NCBI GenBank assembly: GCA_020137815.1
Contig: CM035353.1
Coordinates: forward strand, 248,001 to 312,000
Source of the DNA: Hormiphora californensis
Taxonomy: Eukaryota > Animalia > Ctenophora
Reading direction: 5' to 3'
Length of the DNA stretch: 64,000 bases
A model generated the notes under the pieces. That model saw nothing but the letters and a program-made list of their open reading frames with translations. It was not told where the DNA came from and made no database searches. The number at the start of each line of letters is the position of its first letter. Position 1 is the first letter of the stretch. Both the position numbers and the translations under genes were made by a program. Shown here in pieces: positions 1-36,984 of this stretch.

Positions 1-475
1 TACCTAAATATGCACAGATCCAGCTAGAAAACAATATAGCACACAAAAGCATATTATATAATTTTTATATCATCATCATATAATTTTTTTATCATCAGCT
101 CAACTTTGATTTTAAAAGAATATTAAAGAATAAATATCATTTTTGTTTGGATGGATTAAGTCCTAGATCGAGACACCGTCAGGCTCTGCTCTGCCCGTTG
201 TACTCGTGCCTAAACGATATAACTAGACTGCCGGAAACTCCAAAAAAGGCTGTTCTTACTTGGATTTAGACGATTTAAAAGCTTTCGAGGGTGTGTCAAA
301 TATACATCTAGTACCCCGCATAAAATCTATTTGAATTGTCTCAATGTGCTGCAACCCTACAACTGTTGTTTTGTTCAAACCCTTTTCATATTAAAAGGCA
401 AACTACACCTTCTTGTACTGCCTTTCTTCGTAATGCGTTGAAATTTATCAAGTACTGTGTACGTTGTGATAGTGC

Positions 476-24899
<24,424 letters not shown>

Positions 24900-26682
24900 A
24901 ATGCTATAGTTAGTTATTGTTGTTAGTTGGCTAAATCTAGTGCCAATGAGTTCATTTAAATTAAAAACTACAATAAAGCAAGCTTAGAATCTTGATCGTG
25001 ATTTTTATAAATGTTTTAATTTTTTTGAAGTAGTGATTGATTTATCTTTTTTTTCTTTACAGCTCGTCTGGATAGTTGCTAATGAGTAATGAAAGTGTGC
25101 AGGAAAGAGGTCACATCACTGTGGTTCTTTTAGGGAGCTCTTTTGTGACGATTCAACCAATATTAATAATTCCCGATTAAGTATAATTGGGCCATGATTC
25201 CAAAAGAATTATCAAATTGCTGTCTCGCCGTGACAAGTATTTGTAAATGTAAATGTAAATGTAAATGTAATATAATCATTTATATATACCACTTTATAGT
25301 GTAAAATAATGGAGCACGCACCAACAGCCTACGCTTGACATACTCTCTCACTTTCAAAAGTGGTACAGATACAAAACACGAGCATAACAAAACACGAACA
25401 TAGAAACACGAACATAAACACGAACATAAAAAACACGAACATACAAAACACGAACATATACCACGAACATTCAAAACACGATCATAATAGTTACTAGAAC
25501 ATCGGGACAAATAAATAGACCAACAAATCAACCCACCGACAAATAAATAGACCAACTAATCAACCCACCGACAGACCACCAAAGTCAAACAAACTGTACA
25601 AATAATGCAAACAATAAATAAATAAATTAGCTGTCCTTCAAACATGCAGTCCTTGAGAGTGTGTATTTCGATACAGAGTTTGTTTCGGTGGATATTATTG
25701 TCTGGACATACAAGGCATAGTTTTTTATCGAGAAAACGTTAAAACGGAGTGTATGGTCTTCACTCTTCTTTCATCATATGTTTGGGCATTGAATACATAC
25801 ATTGAATACATCAACTTCAAAACACAGTAATCTAGCCGGAATTTGGGAGCTAATGCAGGTGTGTGTAAATCAGAGGTTAATACGTATGTGTTCAGTTTGA
25901 AGACTCTTCAAATTGAACAGTGAGGCGTGAGCGTCTCAAAAAGCCGAATTTCAGTTCCATTCAATACAGCGCTTAAATCAAATGGTTCACTACTGGTAAC
26001 CAGATAACTGATACACAATTTACCACTTTCTAAAGCGATCTCGATGAGGAGGCCCTTGTAAAACAGAGCAGATTCAACGCCTCCGACTCGAAGAGTTCTT
26101 AGCGCTACCGAATGATCATGAGATAGGAACTAGCCAAAGTGTCATACAAAATCAGAACCTACGTTTATAACAACAACCGTCTGATATCAATGGATTTAGC
26201 ATCCAAGATTTTAACTTTTGTCTTGGCAAACGTTGCTGGCCCCCGATAGCGCGGGATAAGGCAGCGCTTTTCAAACTTTTGTCAAAACTAAAAACAGCGC
26301 CGAAAAAACGAAACAGTTTGATCACAGAAAAAGGTCTGAAAATGAGAACGCGCGCGTTATTAATCAGTGTCGCGCGGTACTTATTTGCGCGTCCATCGCG
26401 CATGAGGCACGCACAGTGCTGTACTTTAACTACAAGGGAGTCGTATGTCGGCCGCTGGTTCAAGGTTTTATCATTCCGCCAAACAATTCACGCGAGAAAA
26501 TAAAACTTCAAATTGAAGTTATATTTTTAGGAACGGGGGTAGGGATTATCAAGTCATTGAAGGGGTACCAGGAATAATTTTAGTTGCTCAATTACAGGAT
26601 ACAGACACGTATGGGAGACTTTTGGAAGAGTGATACTTGGTAATTGGTTGGGAGGTACTATTATAATAGTAGTTTTATACTA

Positions 26683-26914
26683 TAGTCGAATTTTTTAATC
26701 AAGGGACGGGGGGGTCTTTTTGACGTTATTTCAAACGCGCATATCTCCGGTTCCTGATAAGATAAAGACTTGAAATTTGAAGGTTATAAAGAACTTGGCA
26801 TGATCTTCCCAACCTCCAAATTTAAAGTCTCTATCTCATCAGGAACCGGAGATATGCGCGTTTGAAATAAGGTCAAAAAGACCCCCCTGTCCCTTGATTA
26901 AAAAATCCGACTTT
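26683..26914. mobile_element. Palindromic MITE (arms ~95 bp)
   Basis: agtcgaattttttaatcaagggac...gtcccttgattaaaaaatccgact. A terminal fragment also occurs at ~2047-2078. Confidence 0.75.
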
Positions 26915-27602
26915 ACTCGGGGGTTGGCAGGTTAAAGCAACATTAATATGCATAATATGGTATCCCGAAATTAAGATGCCAGACATTTTTGTGCCTCATT
27001 TCGAGTTTTTGATTTCAACCCTTTTTCCCTGCTCATGCTTTTTTTGCGAGAATTCTGAAGTGCATTACTATTTAGGAGCAACTTTGCATACCATAATAAT
27101 TTGGGGCAAATTGAACTCGGGATACCATTATTTGGGGTAAGTTTGGGGGATTAGGGTTGAGACACAATCATAACAAGTTGGTTTGCTTAGCAAAATTGGA
27201 GATGAAAAAAAGTGAGCATATATAATAGGAAGAATAATATAAATGGCAACTCTATCTCTCAGATGTATCCTAGAAACACGTGGCCTGTAGACGACAGCAA
27301 ATAAATATCTCACACGCTTCAACTATACCACATGAGTGTGTGTTGTATATATGCAATGTACAATACATTAAATACACCACCGGTAAAAACAACACACACG
27401 ACAATCCGAGAGAGATATATAAAACGCAGCTAGAGCTCAAGTAATACACTCCTACTTTAAATATAAAAACCAATGCACGGTGTAAACAACGTAAATAACA
27501 GAACTAATAGAACACCAAAAAAGCTAGGAATAGTGCTATATCCGTCAACAGAGACCGTTTCTATAGAGGCGGGACAATTACTTACACACACAGTGAGTGA
27601 CA

Positions 27603-27641
<39 letters not shown>

Positions 27642-28109
27642 TCTAATTATATGATGAAACCAACAGAGTACAGACCATCTAGAACTGAAAAGTAGTCACA
27701 ACCCTGTCTATTACAGATAAATATTTATCTCCCTCTAATTATATATGAGCTTCCTCTCTCTTTCATTAGACAGCTTAAACAGTTTCACAAGGAATGTGTG
27801 TGTGATTGTGTGTACATTTCTGTGTGTGTGCGTTCGTGTGAAGATCCTTGCAGAGCGCCAGAGCTAGTGTTGCAGAGAGCTGCATGATAATCACATTGTT
27901 ACCTATACAACACTCTACCAGTAGGTAGCTATATCTCTTGTGTGGCACACTCTCACAATATCTTGGTAACGCACTTACCCATATCTTGCAGTCTCGCTAA
28001 AACGTGTCTTACTACCGCGAGGGGTAATATCGTTACCAACACAATATCAGAATGTTATAATTTAAATTACCCTAGTATATTAATATTATCACACCGGTAT
28101 TATAATTCT

Positions 28110-31100
28110 CTACTCCGTTTTCCAACTCTCACCATCTAGTCCTGCATCATACCTAATCGGACCCCAAATGTCCCCTGCACCTCCGGCCCCACTTGACCGC
28201 TGCTGCTGCTGCTGGAGACCTCCATTAGACCCATTCTCCTGCTGGAAGAGAGACTGGAACCGAGATGTTTGCCGGGAGTTAGGAAGCAGAGCGAACTCGG
28301 AGAATGGGTTGGCTGCATTGGGTGCAAACCAGTCGTCTACCGATGTAAGAGGATTGAAAAGGCTGTATTGGGACATCATGGCGGGTGGTTGCTGCTGAGG
28401 GGGTGGTGGCTGCTGAGGTGGTGGCGGCTCAGACCGTGGGACATGTTGTGGAGAAGATGCCCACGAGTTCATGAACTTGTTGGAACGGTGTCGGAGTCGC
28501 TTCTCCTCCTGAACCGCCGCATCAAACTGCTCCGAGATCTCCGGTTTCTCCAGTTCCGACCTAAGCTGCTCCGACAATCTATAGTCCTGGAACAGGTCTG
28601 GCATAACGGGAGGAGGTGGTGGTGGGATATGGTGGTGGGTGGGTGGTGGGATGTGGTGGTGGGCGGGTGGTGGGATATGGTGGTGGGCGGGTGATGGGAT
28701 ATGGTGGTGGGCGGGTGATGGGATATGGTGTGGCGATGATGATCGGGGTGGTGTTGATACTCGCTGCTTCACCGGTTCGGGTTTCCTACTCTCGGCTCCG
28801 CTACTGCACCCTGCCTGGATAACGGGCTGCCTGAGTTCAGGTTTCACAACATTGATATCCTTTGCCTTCTTGATCGGGTTACTGGTTACAGCAGATGGAG
28901 AGGGAATCGGTTGTTCCTTAATCCTTGGCTTCACGATACTTGTCATTTTCTCTGCTTTTGGCGGATCCATCTTAACTATCTCTGTCTTAGGAGCGGCCGG
29001 ATGTAACACCGTTTCCGAAGTTACATGTTTTAATGAAGGAGCAGGGGTGTTTTTCTTCTTGGTAACCTTGGTAACAGGTGGCGCCACGGTCACTTTGACT
29101 GGTTTGTGTGTCTCTGGTACCACCTGGGGGACGGCAGCGGCCAGAGATGCCGCTTCTCTCAGCTTCTTTTTCTTTTGTTTAGCCGTTAGGACAGGTTGAG
29201 GGGGTGAAACAGGTATTTGTTGTACAACTTGTATCTCGCTCTTTATCTTCTTTTTAGGTTTAACCTGCACCTGATCAGCCGGTTGTTTTGGCGGGACGGC
29301 AACCTGTTTTGGGGGTATGGTGGGGGCTGGACTGATCACTATGGGGGTACTAAAGAACAGGTAACTCTGCACAAAGACAACCACAATAGCGCAGAAAGAT
29401 CCGGTGAGGAGAAGAAACCGAAAGGAGACCTCCCAGATCGGCTTCTTCAGGGTAGCCAGACACGGGGTGACCATATGGGGTGGTACTTTAGTTACAACTG
29501 GAATTGTCAGTGTCTCCCCCGAGGATGGAACTACGGACAGAGTGAACTCGCTATACGCGTAGTGGAAGTTTGGGGAGAAGTTGATCTTTAGGAGATGTGC
29601 GGTGTTGGGAGGAAGGGAGAAAGGAGAGCAATTGATCACTGTCACCCCATATCCCTGGCAGCTCGCCCCGTTAATCCTGATATCAGTTATCGTGGAAGAG
29701 AGATCTCCGACATTCTTCAATGTAAAGGAGCGGTTGACGTTCACAAAACCCGGTTCTAGGGTCCCCTCCTCGGAATAGTGACACTCTGATAACAGGCTCT
29801 CGGGGATGGATAGCACCAAACTGGACTTTTTCTCAAACATTAATTCCCCCTTTGCGGCGGTGGTCGAGTATAGTATGGGTTCAAAGAGCGTTAGGTTGTT
29901 CCTTACAACCAGGATACTCTTGTGATGACCCACGAATTGCGGTAGAAACTTTACCTTCACGCTTCTCCGCTCCTGAGGCTCCAAAAGGAGCTGGTGGATA
30001 TTTTGGGAGACATCAGATCCTAGTTTTATCCATTTCATCAAGCCACCACCCTGGTCCTCTAAGAAGAAAGCGTTATCAACATTTATCACCTCTTTCCTCA
30101 TACCCAGAATGTCAATCAGTGCCCGGGAGTGTGGATAGTCGTTGATAAAGAACAGCTCCACGTGGACGGGGTGGATGGAGGGATTCACTAAAACCACCTC
30201 CGACACACTAACCTCCTTCACATGGGTAGTAGGGAATTCAACATGCTGCTCGACAAGAGACGGCCATACCATATTAAAATCCACGTTTATGGGGGAGTTA
30301 TCACTAAAGCTCGATTTTATACTCCCCTCAACAGTAAACCTGTCCCTACCAGCCTTCTTCAGGGCGTTGTACTTGCCTTGGAGGTGCTTATACAGTTTTA
30401 ACTCGTAATCAACTTGGTCAAAGTTTAGTCTGCACCCTTTGAAGTACTCCATCTGTTTCCTGACATCACCCGTTAGGAGATAGTTGTATTGGCTGTCTCG
30501 CTCCGGTGTGAATCGTATCTTCCCCACCGAGTTGCTCTGGAGTGGTTTCAAGGTAACGCTTCGTTCCGTCCGGACCAGTGACACCAACTTGGAGGGTGCC
30601 AGCATAACCTTTTCAAGGGGAAATGATTCGTTGAATGTGTTGGTGATCATGAGAGTCATGTGGCTCGTTTTCCCCGGGAACACCTCCTTATAATCCAGAT
30701 GTGGCATGAGGAGGTGCCCCTCCAGCGTTCGGAAAGTCAACGGCAGTTGGATGATATCAAAATTAGTTTCGATGATAAAAAATCCAGACACGTTATGCCG
30801 CATTGAGGGTGTCTTGAGAGTAACATTAACTTGGACAAAGTCCCCCGGGTCTAGTGTTAACATTTGGTGTTGTACGGCATCCTCTCGATAAAACTTCAAC
30901 ATCACCCCCCTGGCCTTCCTCCAAACGTTAGTGTAGTAGACCTCACAAAAGGGCACGTTGGTGAAGTAGTAGTGTAGCTGAACGGGCACGGGGTTCTTGT
31001 TTGACAACTGGAGGATCTTAAACCTGGATTGGTTATATCCAAGCACCTCAAAGTTCAACACCTCTACCGGCTTTTTATCAACTGTCATATCCAAATCACC

Positions 31101-32474
31101 GTTATAGACGGGAATATAGAAGGAGTGGGACTGGGTGAGATTTGTCATTATATCCATCTCGAACGTTCCCTCTAACTGGCTCCCCTGTCGACGGAGTGAG
31201 AATTCAGCCAAGGGCAACTTTTCCTTGGGCTGTATGACAAAGGGTGTCCGAAGATTCTCAATAAGAAAATCCTTTGTAAGATCTTTGAGGCCCGCATTTT
31301 TAATCGCTATGGGAACGTTATAATAGTTCGTGACGAATATTGGTTTAGTATGTTGCCGAGGTGTCAGTGAACCGCTGTAGAACCCATCTTGGAATCCCGA
31401 TAAGGAGAGCGACCCTGAATAGACCCGGGCGGTAAAGGGGATGTTAATGGTTGCCACCTTTCTGTTCTTGAACTTGATACTGACATTGCCGGTGTGCTCC
31501 GTTAACCGTTGATCAGCAAACTCTGGAAGCAACTCCGGATCGATGGTAACATCCGCTACTTTTTGGAACATGCCCTGGCGTGCATAAACCGAGTCCTTGA
31601 TCAGGGTGACGGTGATACCGTTATCATGTAATATGCTGTCCGTTATGCTCACCGAGAAGAGCTTTGTCGTGCAGTTGAGGGTTGATAACAGGTATATTGA
31701 AACCACCTTCGTCGGAGAGAACCGGGTAAATTTGCCGAAATCGATGAGCCGTGGTAGGGGGAATATTTCCCCTGAACTGACCATACGCACGTCAATAGGC
31801 AGCCGTATATCAGGGTGGTTCGGCCTATCTACCTTAATCGTTACATACGATAAGTGTTGGGAGGGTCTATCGGAGAAGAGGTTTAACCTCATGACACTCT
31901 TACTCTCGTACGGGGGTATCGTCCAAATGTTGTACTCTTCAAAGGGTGGGAGCAAGTTGACATTACCCCCACTTGAGTACATCTCCTTTATCTTCAAATC
32001 AGTGGGATATGGATTATAGAAGTTGATGGAGGGAGAAAATACGAGGGATGTTGGCCATCTGATTCCCACAAAGGGCGTGATCTGGTAGGGGCTCTCCACG
32101 CCCACTCCTGTCATGTTTAGTGTGACAACATCACCGGGAACTGCCGAGGACAGGGAGTATATGTAGAGGGAGATAGTGGCTGATACATTACCCTCCGAGT
32201 GGGGTAGGAAGAGGACGGGAAGCTCGTAACTATCCCCCGGTTCCAGTATCACGGATTGTGTTTGTGTCAAGGAGGGCTGGAAGGGAGAGCGGAGGGAGTA
32301 GTCTGCAGCCACATATATCTCCCTGTCCACACGGTTGTAGAGGGAGATGTTTTGGGCTGATATGAATCCAATGGTGCACCTCCCGAACTCTATCGAGAGG
32401 GGGGAGATGGTGAGGGGCAGGTGATGGGTGAAGGGTAGGAGAGATAGGCAGCATAGCAGGAAGGACAACATCAT
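28110..32474 (-). CDS. TMEM131: Transmembrane protein 131-like, single coding exon
   Basis: 1454-aa ORF with a signal peptide and TMEM131-type motifs (GVGVESPYQITPFVG, NPYPTDLKIKEMYSSGG, VVRNNLT, RSFTLKNVG, INGASCQGYG...NCSPFSLPPN...INFSPNF). A TM follows PIWE, then a K/P-rich disordered tail. An acceptor (ctctctag) lies just upstream of the ATG. Confidence 0.9.
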   Translation of the reverse strand: MMLSFLLCCLSLLPFTHHLPLTISPLSIEFGRCTIGFISAQNISLYNRVDREIYVAADYSLRSPFQPSLTQTQSVILEPGDSYELPVLFLPHSEGNVSATISLYIYSLSSAVPGDVVTLNMTGVGVESPYQITPFVGIRWPTSLVFSPSINFYNPYPTDLKIKEMYSSGGNVNLLPPFEEYNIWTIPPYESKSVMRLNLFSDRPSQHLSYVTIKVDRPNHPDIRLPIDVRMVSSGEIFPLPRLIDFGKFTRFSPTKVVSIYLLSTLNCTTKLFSVSITDSILHDNGITVTLIKDSVYARQGMFQKVADVTIDPELLPEFADQRLTEHTGNVSIKFKNRKVATINIPFTARVYSGSLSLSGFQDGFYSGSLTPRQHTKPIFVTNYYNVPIAIKNAGLKDLTKDFLIENLRTPFVIQPKEKLPLAEFSLRRQGSQLEGTFEMDIMTNLTQSHSFYIPVYNGDLDMTVDKKPVEVLNFEVLGYNQSRFKILQLSNKNPVPVQLHYYFTNVPFCEVYYTNVWRKARGVMLKFYREDAVQHQMLTLDPGDFVQVNVTLKTPSMRHNVSGFFIIETNFDIIQLPLTFRTLEGHLLMPHLDYKEVFPGKTSHMTLMITNTFNESFPLEKVMLAPSKLVSLVRTERSVTLKPLQSNSVGKIRFTPERDSQYNYLLTGDVRKQMEYFKGCRLNFDQVDYELKLYKHLQGKYNALKKAGRDRFTVEGSIKSSFSDNSPINVDFNMVWPSLVEQHVEFPTTHVKEVSVSEVVLVNPSIHPVHVELFFINDYPHSRALIDILGMRKEVINVDNAFFLEDQGGGLMKWIKLGSDVSQNIHQLLLEPQERRSVKVKFLPQFVGHHKSILVVRNNLTLFEPILYSTTAAKGELMFEKKSSLVLSIPESLLSECHYSEEGTLEPGFVNVNRSFTLKNVGDLSSTITDIRINGASCQGYGVTVINCSPFSLPPNTAHLLKINFSPNFHYAYSEFTLSVVPSSGETLTIPVVTKVPPHMVTPCLATLKKPIWEVSFRFLLLTGSFCAIVVVFVQSYLFFSTPIVISPAPTIPPKQVAVPPKQPADQVQVKPKKKIKSEIQVVQQIPVSPPQPVLTAKQKKKKLREAASLAAAVPQVVPETHKPVKVTVAPPVTKVTKKKNTPAPSLKHVTSETVLHPAAPKTEIVKMDPPKAEKMTSIVKPRIKEQPIPSPSAVTSNPIKKAKDINVVKPELRQPVIQAGCSSGAESRKPEPVKQRVSTPPRSSSPHHIPSPAHHHIPSPAHHHIPPPAHHHIPPPTHHHIPPPPPPVMPDLFQDYRLSEQLRSELEKPEISEQFDAAVQEEKRLRHRSNKFMNSWASSPQHVPRSEPPPPQQPPPPQQQPPAMMSQYSLFNPLTSVDDWFAPNAANPFSEFALLPNSRQTSRFQSLFQQENGSNGGLQQQQQRSSGAGGAGDIWGPIRYDAGLDGESWKTE

Positions 32475-32775
32475 GTAGATCTCCTAGAGAGGAATGTGTG
32501 TGTGTGTTAGTTTGACAGCTGAATATTATGGGGGGAAATGACAAAAATAGAGGGAGTATAAAGATTGGCTTGCGAAACGCGTCCTGACGCGGACTCCAGA
32601 GACTGTGAAGCAGCTGAAAAAGGGGCTAAACCAAGGCCCTTTCTTGAAAGGGCCTTTATCAAAAAGTATCGTCGGTGCTACTCAGCAAAAAAACATGAAA
32701 GGATCATACAATTAATAATTGTAGGGTCCATGATAAATTGTGAATTTTACATGGGTACCGGAAAAAATCGGGCAA

Positions 32776-32842
32776 GAACAAAACTAATATATATAACTGA
32801 TGTGTCTTGAAGACACATCAGTTATATATATTAGTTTTGTTC
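32776..32842. repeat. Perfect 33-bp inverted repeat with a 1-nt spacer
   Basis: gaacaaaactaatatatataactgatgtgtctt G aagacacatcagttatatatattagttttgttc. Confidence 0.95.
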
Positions 32843-33064
32843 AAATACTTTTTCATTGCGGGGGGGGGGGGGGGGGGGCATTGTGCCTTGTGGGGCGCGG
32901 GGAATCAGGGTCGAGCAAAGCAGCAGTTACACAGGTCTTCTAGTCATATATCGGAGTATGATCAAGGTCTTTAAATGTATTACACTTATCTCAGTATGTC
33001 TGATGATACATGATATAATTCATTATCGTCCTTTTTATCCTTATTTTCTCTCTCTCTCTCTCTC

Positions 33065-33154
<90 letters not shown>

Positions 33155-33300
33155 CCTCTCTCTCTCTGGTCTCCACATGTACAGACTTCCTACTTCATCA
33201 GTCACACAACAATGCATTTACACGTGTAGAAAAGTAAATGCTTAGAAATCAGCTGCTTGCAAGATAATGAGAGAGAGAGATAATGAGAGAGAGAGTGAGA

Positions 33301-33368
<68 letters not shown>

Positions 33369-34254
33369 GACAGAGAGAGAGCGAGGGAGGGATGGAGAGA
33401 CGAGGGAGGGATGGAGAGAGAGAGAAAATGAGTACAATCATTGTCATGGCTTTCATCGTAAATTTTCACTGTGAACAGCTGCAACTAATGACCGTCACCC
33501 CCAAATCATTTACCTCTTTCAGATTTTATCTCTCTGCCTCGCTCTCGATCTATCCCTTTCTTTCGATTCTCTCACACTCTCTCCCTCAGCCCTCTATAAT
33601 AGTAGGAAATACAAGTTGATACACACACCAGCCAACACATTGTGACTAGTTAGAAATACCCCTTAATATAATGTGGCTTCCTAGAGATAGACCTGTTAGA
33701 AATAACAGTCTCTCTAACTTCTAATCTACTTCGACAGCTTCAAAGGTACGAAATCAAGCATTTCCAAACAAGGTATGATAAAAAACTCGAAGATAAATGA
33801 CAAAGGGACCCAGCGTGTGTGACTCAATAAGATGTTGTAATAAAGAATGTTATTGTGTGCAATCAAGGGTTCGAATTTTAATCTGCTAGAAATGTGACCT
33901 TTCTAAGCATCATGGGGCTTCAGACTCATTTATCCATTCTAATTGGTATAAATGCTCATCTGTCATTTCACCAATTGAGGATACTATGATCATCGGATAA
34001 CTAGTCGAGGATTTGGGAACTGAATTATTAATTTCAGCTAACTACAACGTAAAACTATTTATTGAGGATGACAGTGAACTGTATGAGTCGAGTGCTGTAA
34101 ATACACATGTTTTGGGTGACAAGTCCCATGTTCACAGTAAACAGTTGTAGTACATGTTAATATAATATCATATTGTAACAAAATCTTGATTACATAAAGC
34201 GATCATGGGGCTTTGCAGAGGACCATTTATCAAGATCTGTGTAAAGGTCTACTA

Positions 34255-34392
34255 CAGTCGGACTCCGATTTACCGGGCCCCGATTTACCGGAACCCCGAT
34301 TTACCGGGAGGATACACTTCCCCCGATATAGAAAATTTACATTATTTGAAAACTCTTTCCCCCGACCATCCCGGTAAATCGGGGTCCGACTG
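34255..34392. mobile_element. TA-flanked MITE, CAGTCGGACCCCGATTTA family
   Basis: Internally deleted, reverse-oriented relative of 16674-16845. Confidence 0.8.
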
Positions 34393-35189
34393 TATAATAA
34401 TAGTAGACAAACATTTAGATTGAGTATATGAGGCAGTCCTGCAACTCAGTAGTCAGTGGAAATATGACTCTCATCATGGAAATGTAGTAGTACACGCAGC
34501 TAATATACTGTACATTTTACATCCCTTTTCTAGTAGCTCTCTAGCTCACACAATCGCATCCATTCGACAAAAATATATACAGTACTGCCAGAAATGTGTT
34601 TTAGAATTGCCATTTATTACAGAGTCATATATTTCTGACATATTGGGATGTCCATTGAAATAATCCCTAGGCCCTAGCTGGGAAGTTGTTGGGGGGAGGT
34701 GCAAGGGAGGCCTTCAAGATAATTGTTTTGGCACGTGAGCTTCTGAGCAGCCACTTCGAGGTAAGACTGCAAGGGGAACCTGGGGCGGGAGGAATGCCGT
34801 AACATATTTCATGTATAATGCGAGTGTTCAAGAAAACAAACGAAAACAAGATGGAAAGAGATAAAATTAGCTTTTCTCTCTTGGAACTATTTCTGAAAAT
34901 ACCACACATTCGAACACGAACATGAGAGTATTGCAGGGAAAGAGGAAGGAGGGAAAAAACAAATTTATTTTATGAAAACAGAAAACATCATGGCAAAGAA
35001 AAGATGTGAGAGGGATCACATGAGCAGGTCCGAATAAAGAAAACAAATAAATAATAGCGGCATACCGCCTGATTTCCCTGCCAAGCATGTGATCTGGTAT
35101 GCGATCTGGTGGTTTGTTGCCACGCCTGCTTCTAATTGGGCACTGATACGTCGTGATCTGCCGATTACCACCCTCCTTCCCTCTCTCAC

Positions 35190-36161
35190 CCCAGTGTCAA
35201 CTTATTTCGAAAGGCATTAGACTCCGAAAATTTCTTAAAAAAGGCATTATTTTCTAACTAAAAAGTGTTGGCAATGATACTAGATAGTACATAGAAGACA
35301 TTAGTTAACAGTTTATTCGTTTATCCAGGCATCTTTTTAAATAATGCCCGATAATGCCATCTTGAGACTCTGTTGAAATTTGTCAAATTTGCATGAATTT
35401 AGTGCTTGGAATGACTTTATAGAGCCCCAGGGAACCATTCCCTATCATAATAAGTCATTTTGAATCAAAATCTGGCGAATTTTGAAGAAAAAATTTTTAA
35501 TACATAATTTAATTTTTTTAATTAAGTTAATTATAAAATAGGTTAATTGTTCTAATTTGTGGCACATCAACTCTCCCTATTTTGTTTTATGTGACCCTTA
35601 TAATGATTGCCTATCTCATTGAATCGTTTTTGAAGCTAAAAAACAGTTTTGAGTGATAAACTAAGGAGGGCATTATTTGGATTCTGGAGTCCCAATAATG
35701 CCCCCAGAGTCCCAATAATGCCCCAGAGTCCCTCAGAGTCCCAAAAACGCGCAAAAATAATGCCCTAGAATCTCAGAATCCCATGAAATCTGATACCTAG
35801 CACACTACCTTATTAGCACGAGCTAATTAGAGGGAGAGAGAGAGAGGAAGTGAGAGAGAGAAAGTGAGAGTGGGTGAGAGAGAGAGAGTGAGAGAGAGAG
35901 GGACAGAGAGAAATACAGAGAGAGAGAGGGAGAGAGAGACAGAGATAGACAGAGAGAAAGAGAGAGAAGAATAGAGGAGAGAGGGAGAGAGTGAGGGGAG
36001 AAACAGCTGTATAATTTCTTGTTTTGGGTTCACATTACACTGAAAATTAATGTGTGTGATTGGGGAACTAGGCTTGGCATTATTTTGGCATTATTTTGGC
36101 ATTATTTTTTCTAAAAGCATTGGAAATTAGATTCGCATATTCGTGGTTTTTTGACACTGGG
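35190..36161. mobile_element. Non-autonomous hAT-like DNA transposon
   Basis: 11-bp TIR CCCAGTGTCAA/TTGACACTGGG, 8-bp TSD TCTCTCAC (35182-35189, 36162-36169) and repeated GGCATTA/TAATGCC motifs inside. Confidence 0.75.
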
Positions 36162-36693
36162 TCTCTCACCTTACCTTGGTCGACCCTCCCTCTCTCCAAC
36201 CCCCGCCCCCCCGGTGTTTGACGAAACAAACTCCCAACCTTGTCCGAAGCTACATATTTTACTTCATACCGAGTTCAGTAGTCCCCCCGTGGTAATACAA
36301 TTACATCTTTCTGTACATGGCCCGCTGCACTGCATGACTGCACTAAAGCACAATGCCGTTGTGAGAACTCAACTACCGCACTAAAACTGTAAATTTGGAA
36401 CGGGGTGGACTGTACTGCTCAATTGTGTTTTACTTGTGCTGTTGCACCTGCAATACAATGTTTTACCAGTGTTAGAATAAATGAAAATAAATATAATAAT
36501 AACACATCATGCTGGTCAATGGTAGGGCTGTCGATTTAAGAATATATTGAGAATGCGGGTAGTACCGAATCCAGTCAATAGATTGATTCTTTAGCAAGAT
36601 TTGATTGGATGAAACAAAGAATCTTAGAAAGACACAGCGAGCTGCAGATAGCTAAGGAATAATGGGGATGGGTGTTATGTAAGTCAGGGAAGA

Positions 36694-36729
<36 letters not shown>

Positions 36730-36984
36730 GAAGAGAAGTAGAGACAGAGAGCGAGAGAGAGAGAAGGAAGCGAGAGCTAGATCTTCTCCTCGAAGCTGCG
36801 GAGTCTTCGCTCCTCTACTCTCTTCCTCTCGTCTCTCTCTAAAAAGTAGGATATCGTCGGGTCTCTGCTTTCGCTCGGTCTCTCTCTGTTCTCTGCAAAC
36901 TATCTCTGATCTCATCTACCCGCCCCCCTCAAGCACACCTTTCTCGCCTCAGGAAAAATTAATGTACCCACCTTACCCCGCCCT

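Noticed and set aside
25630-26200. Possible decayed transposase (CLVC...C motif on the - strand)
   Set aside because: Too fragmentary to assign.
28136-32544. Many short ORFs antisense to or overlapping TMEM131 (likewise inside gag, pol and env)
   Set aside because: Shadow ORFs of long coding sequences with no independent motifs.
34671-34760. Possible + strand exon (ALAGKLLGGGAREAFKIIVLARELLSSHFE) with AG/GTAAGA boundaries
   Set aside because: I could not link it to other exons or recognise a protein family.
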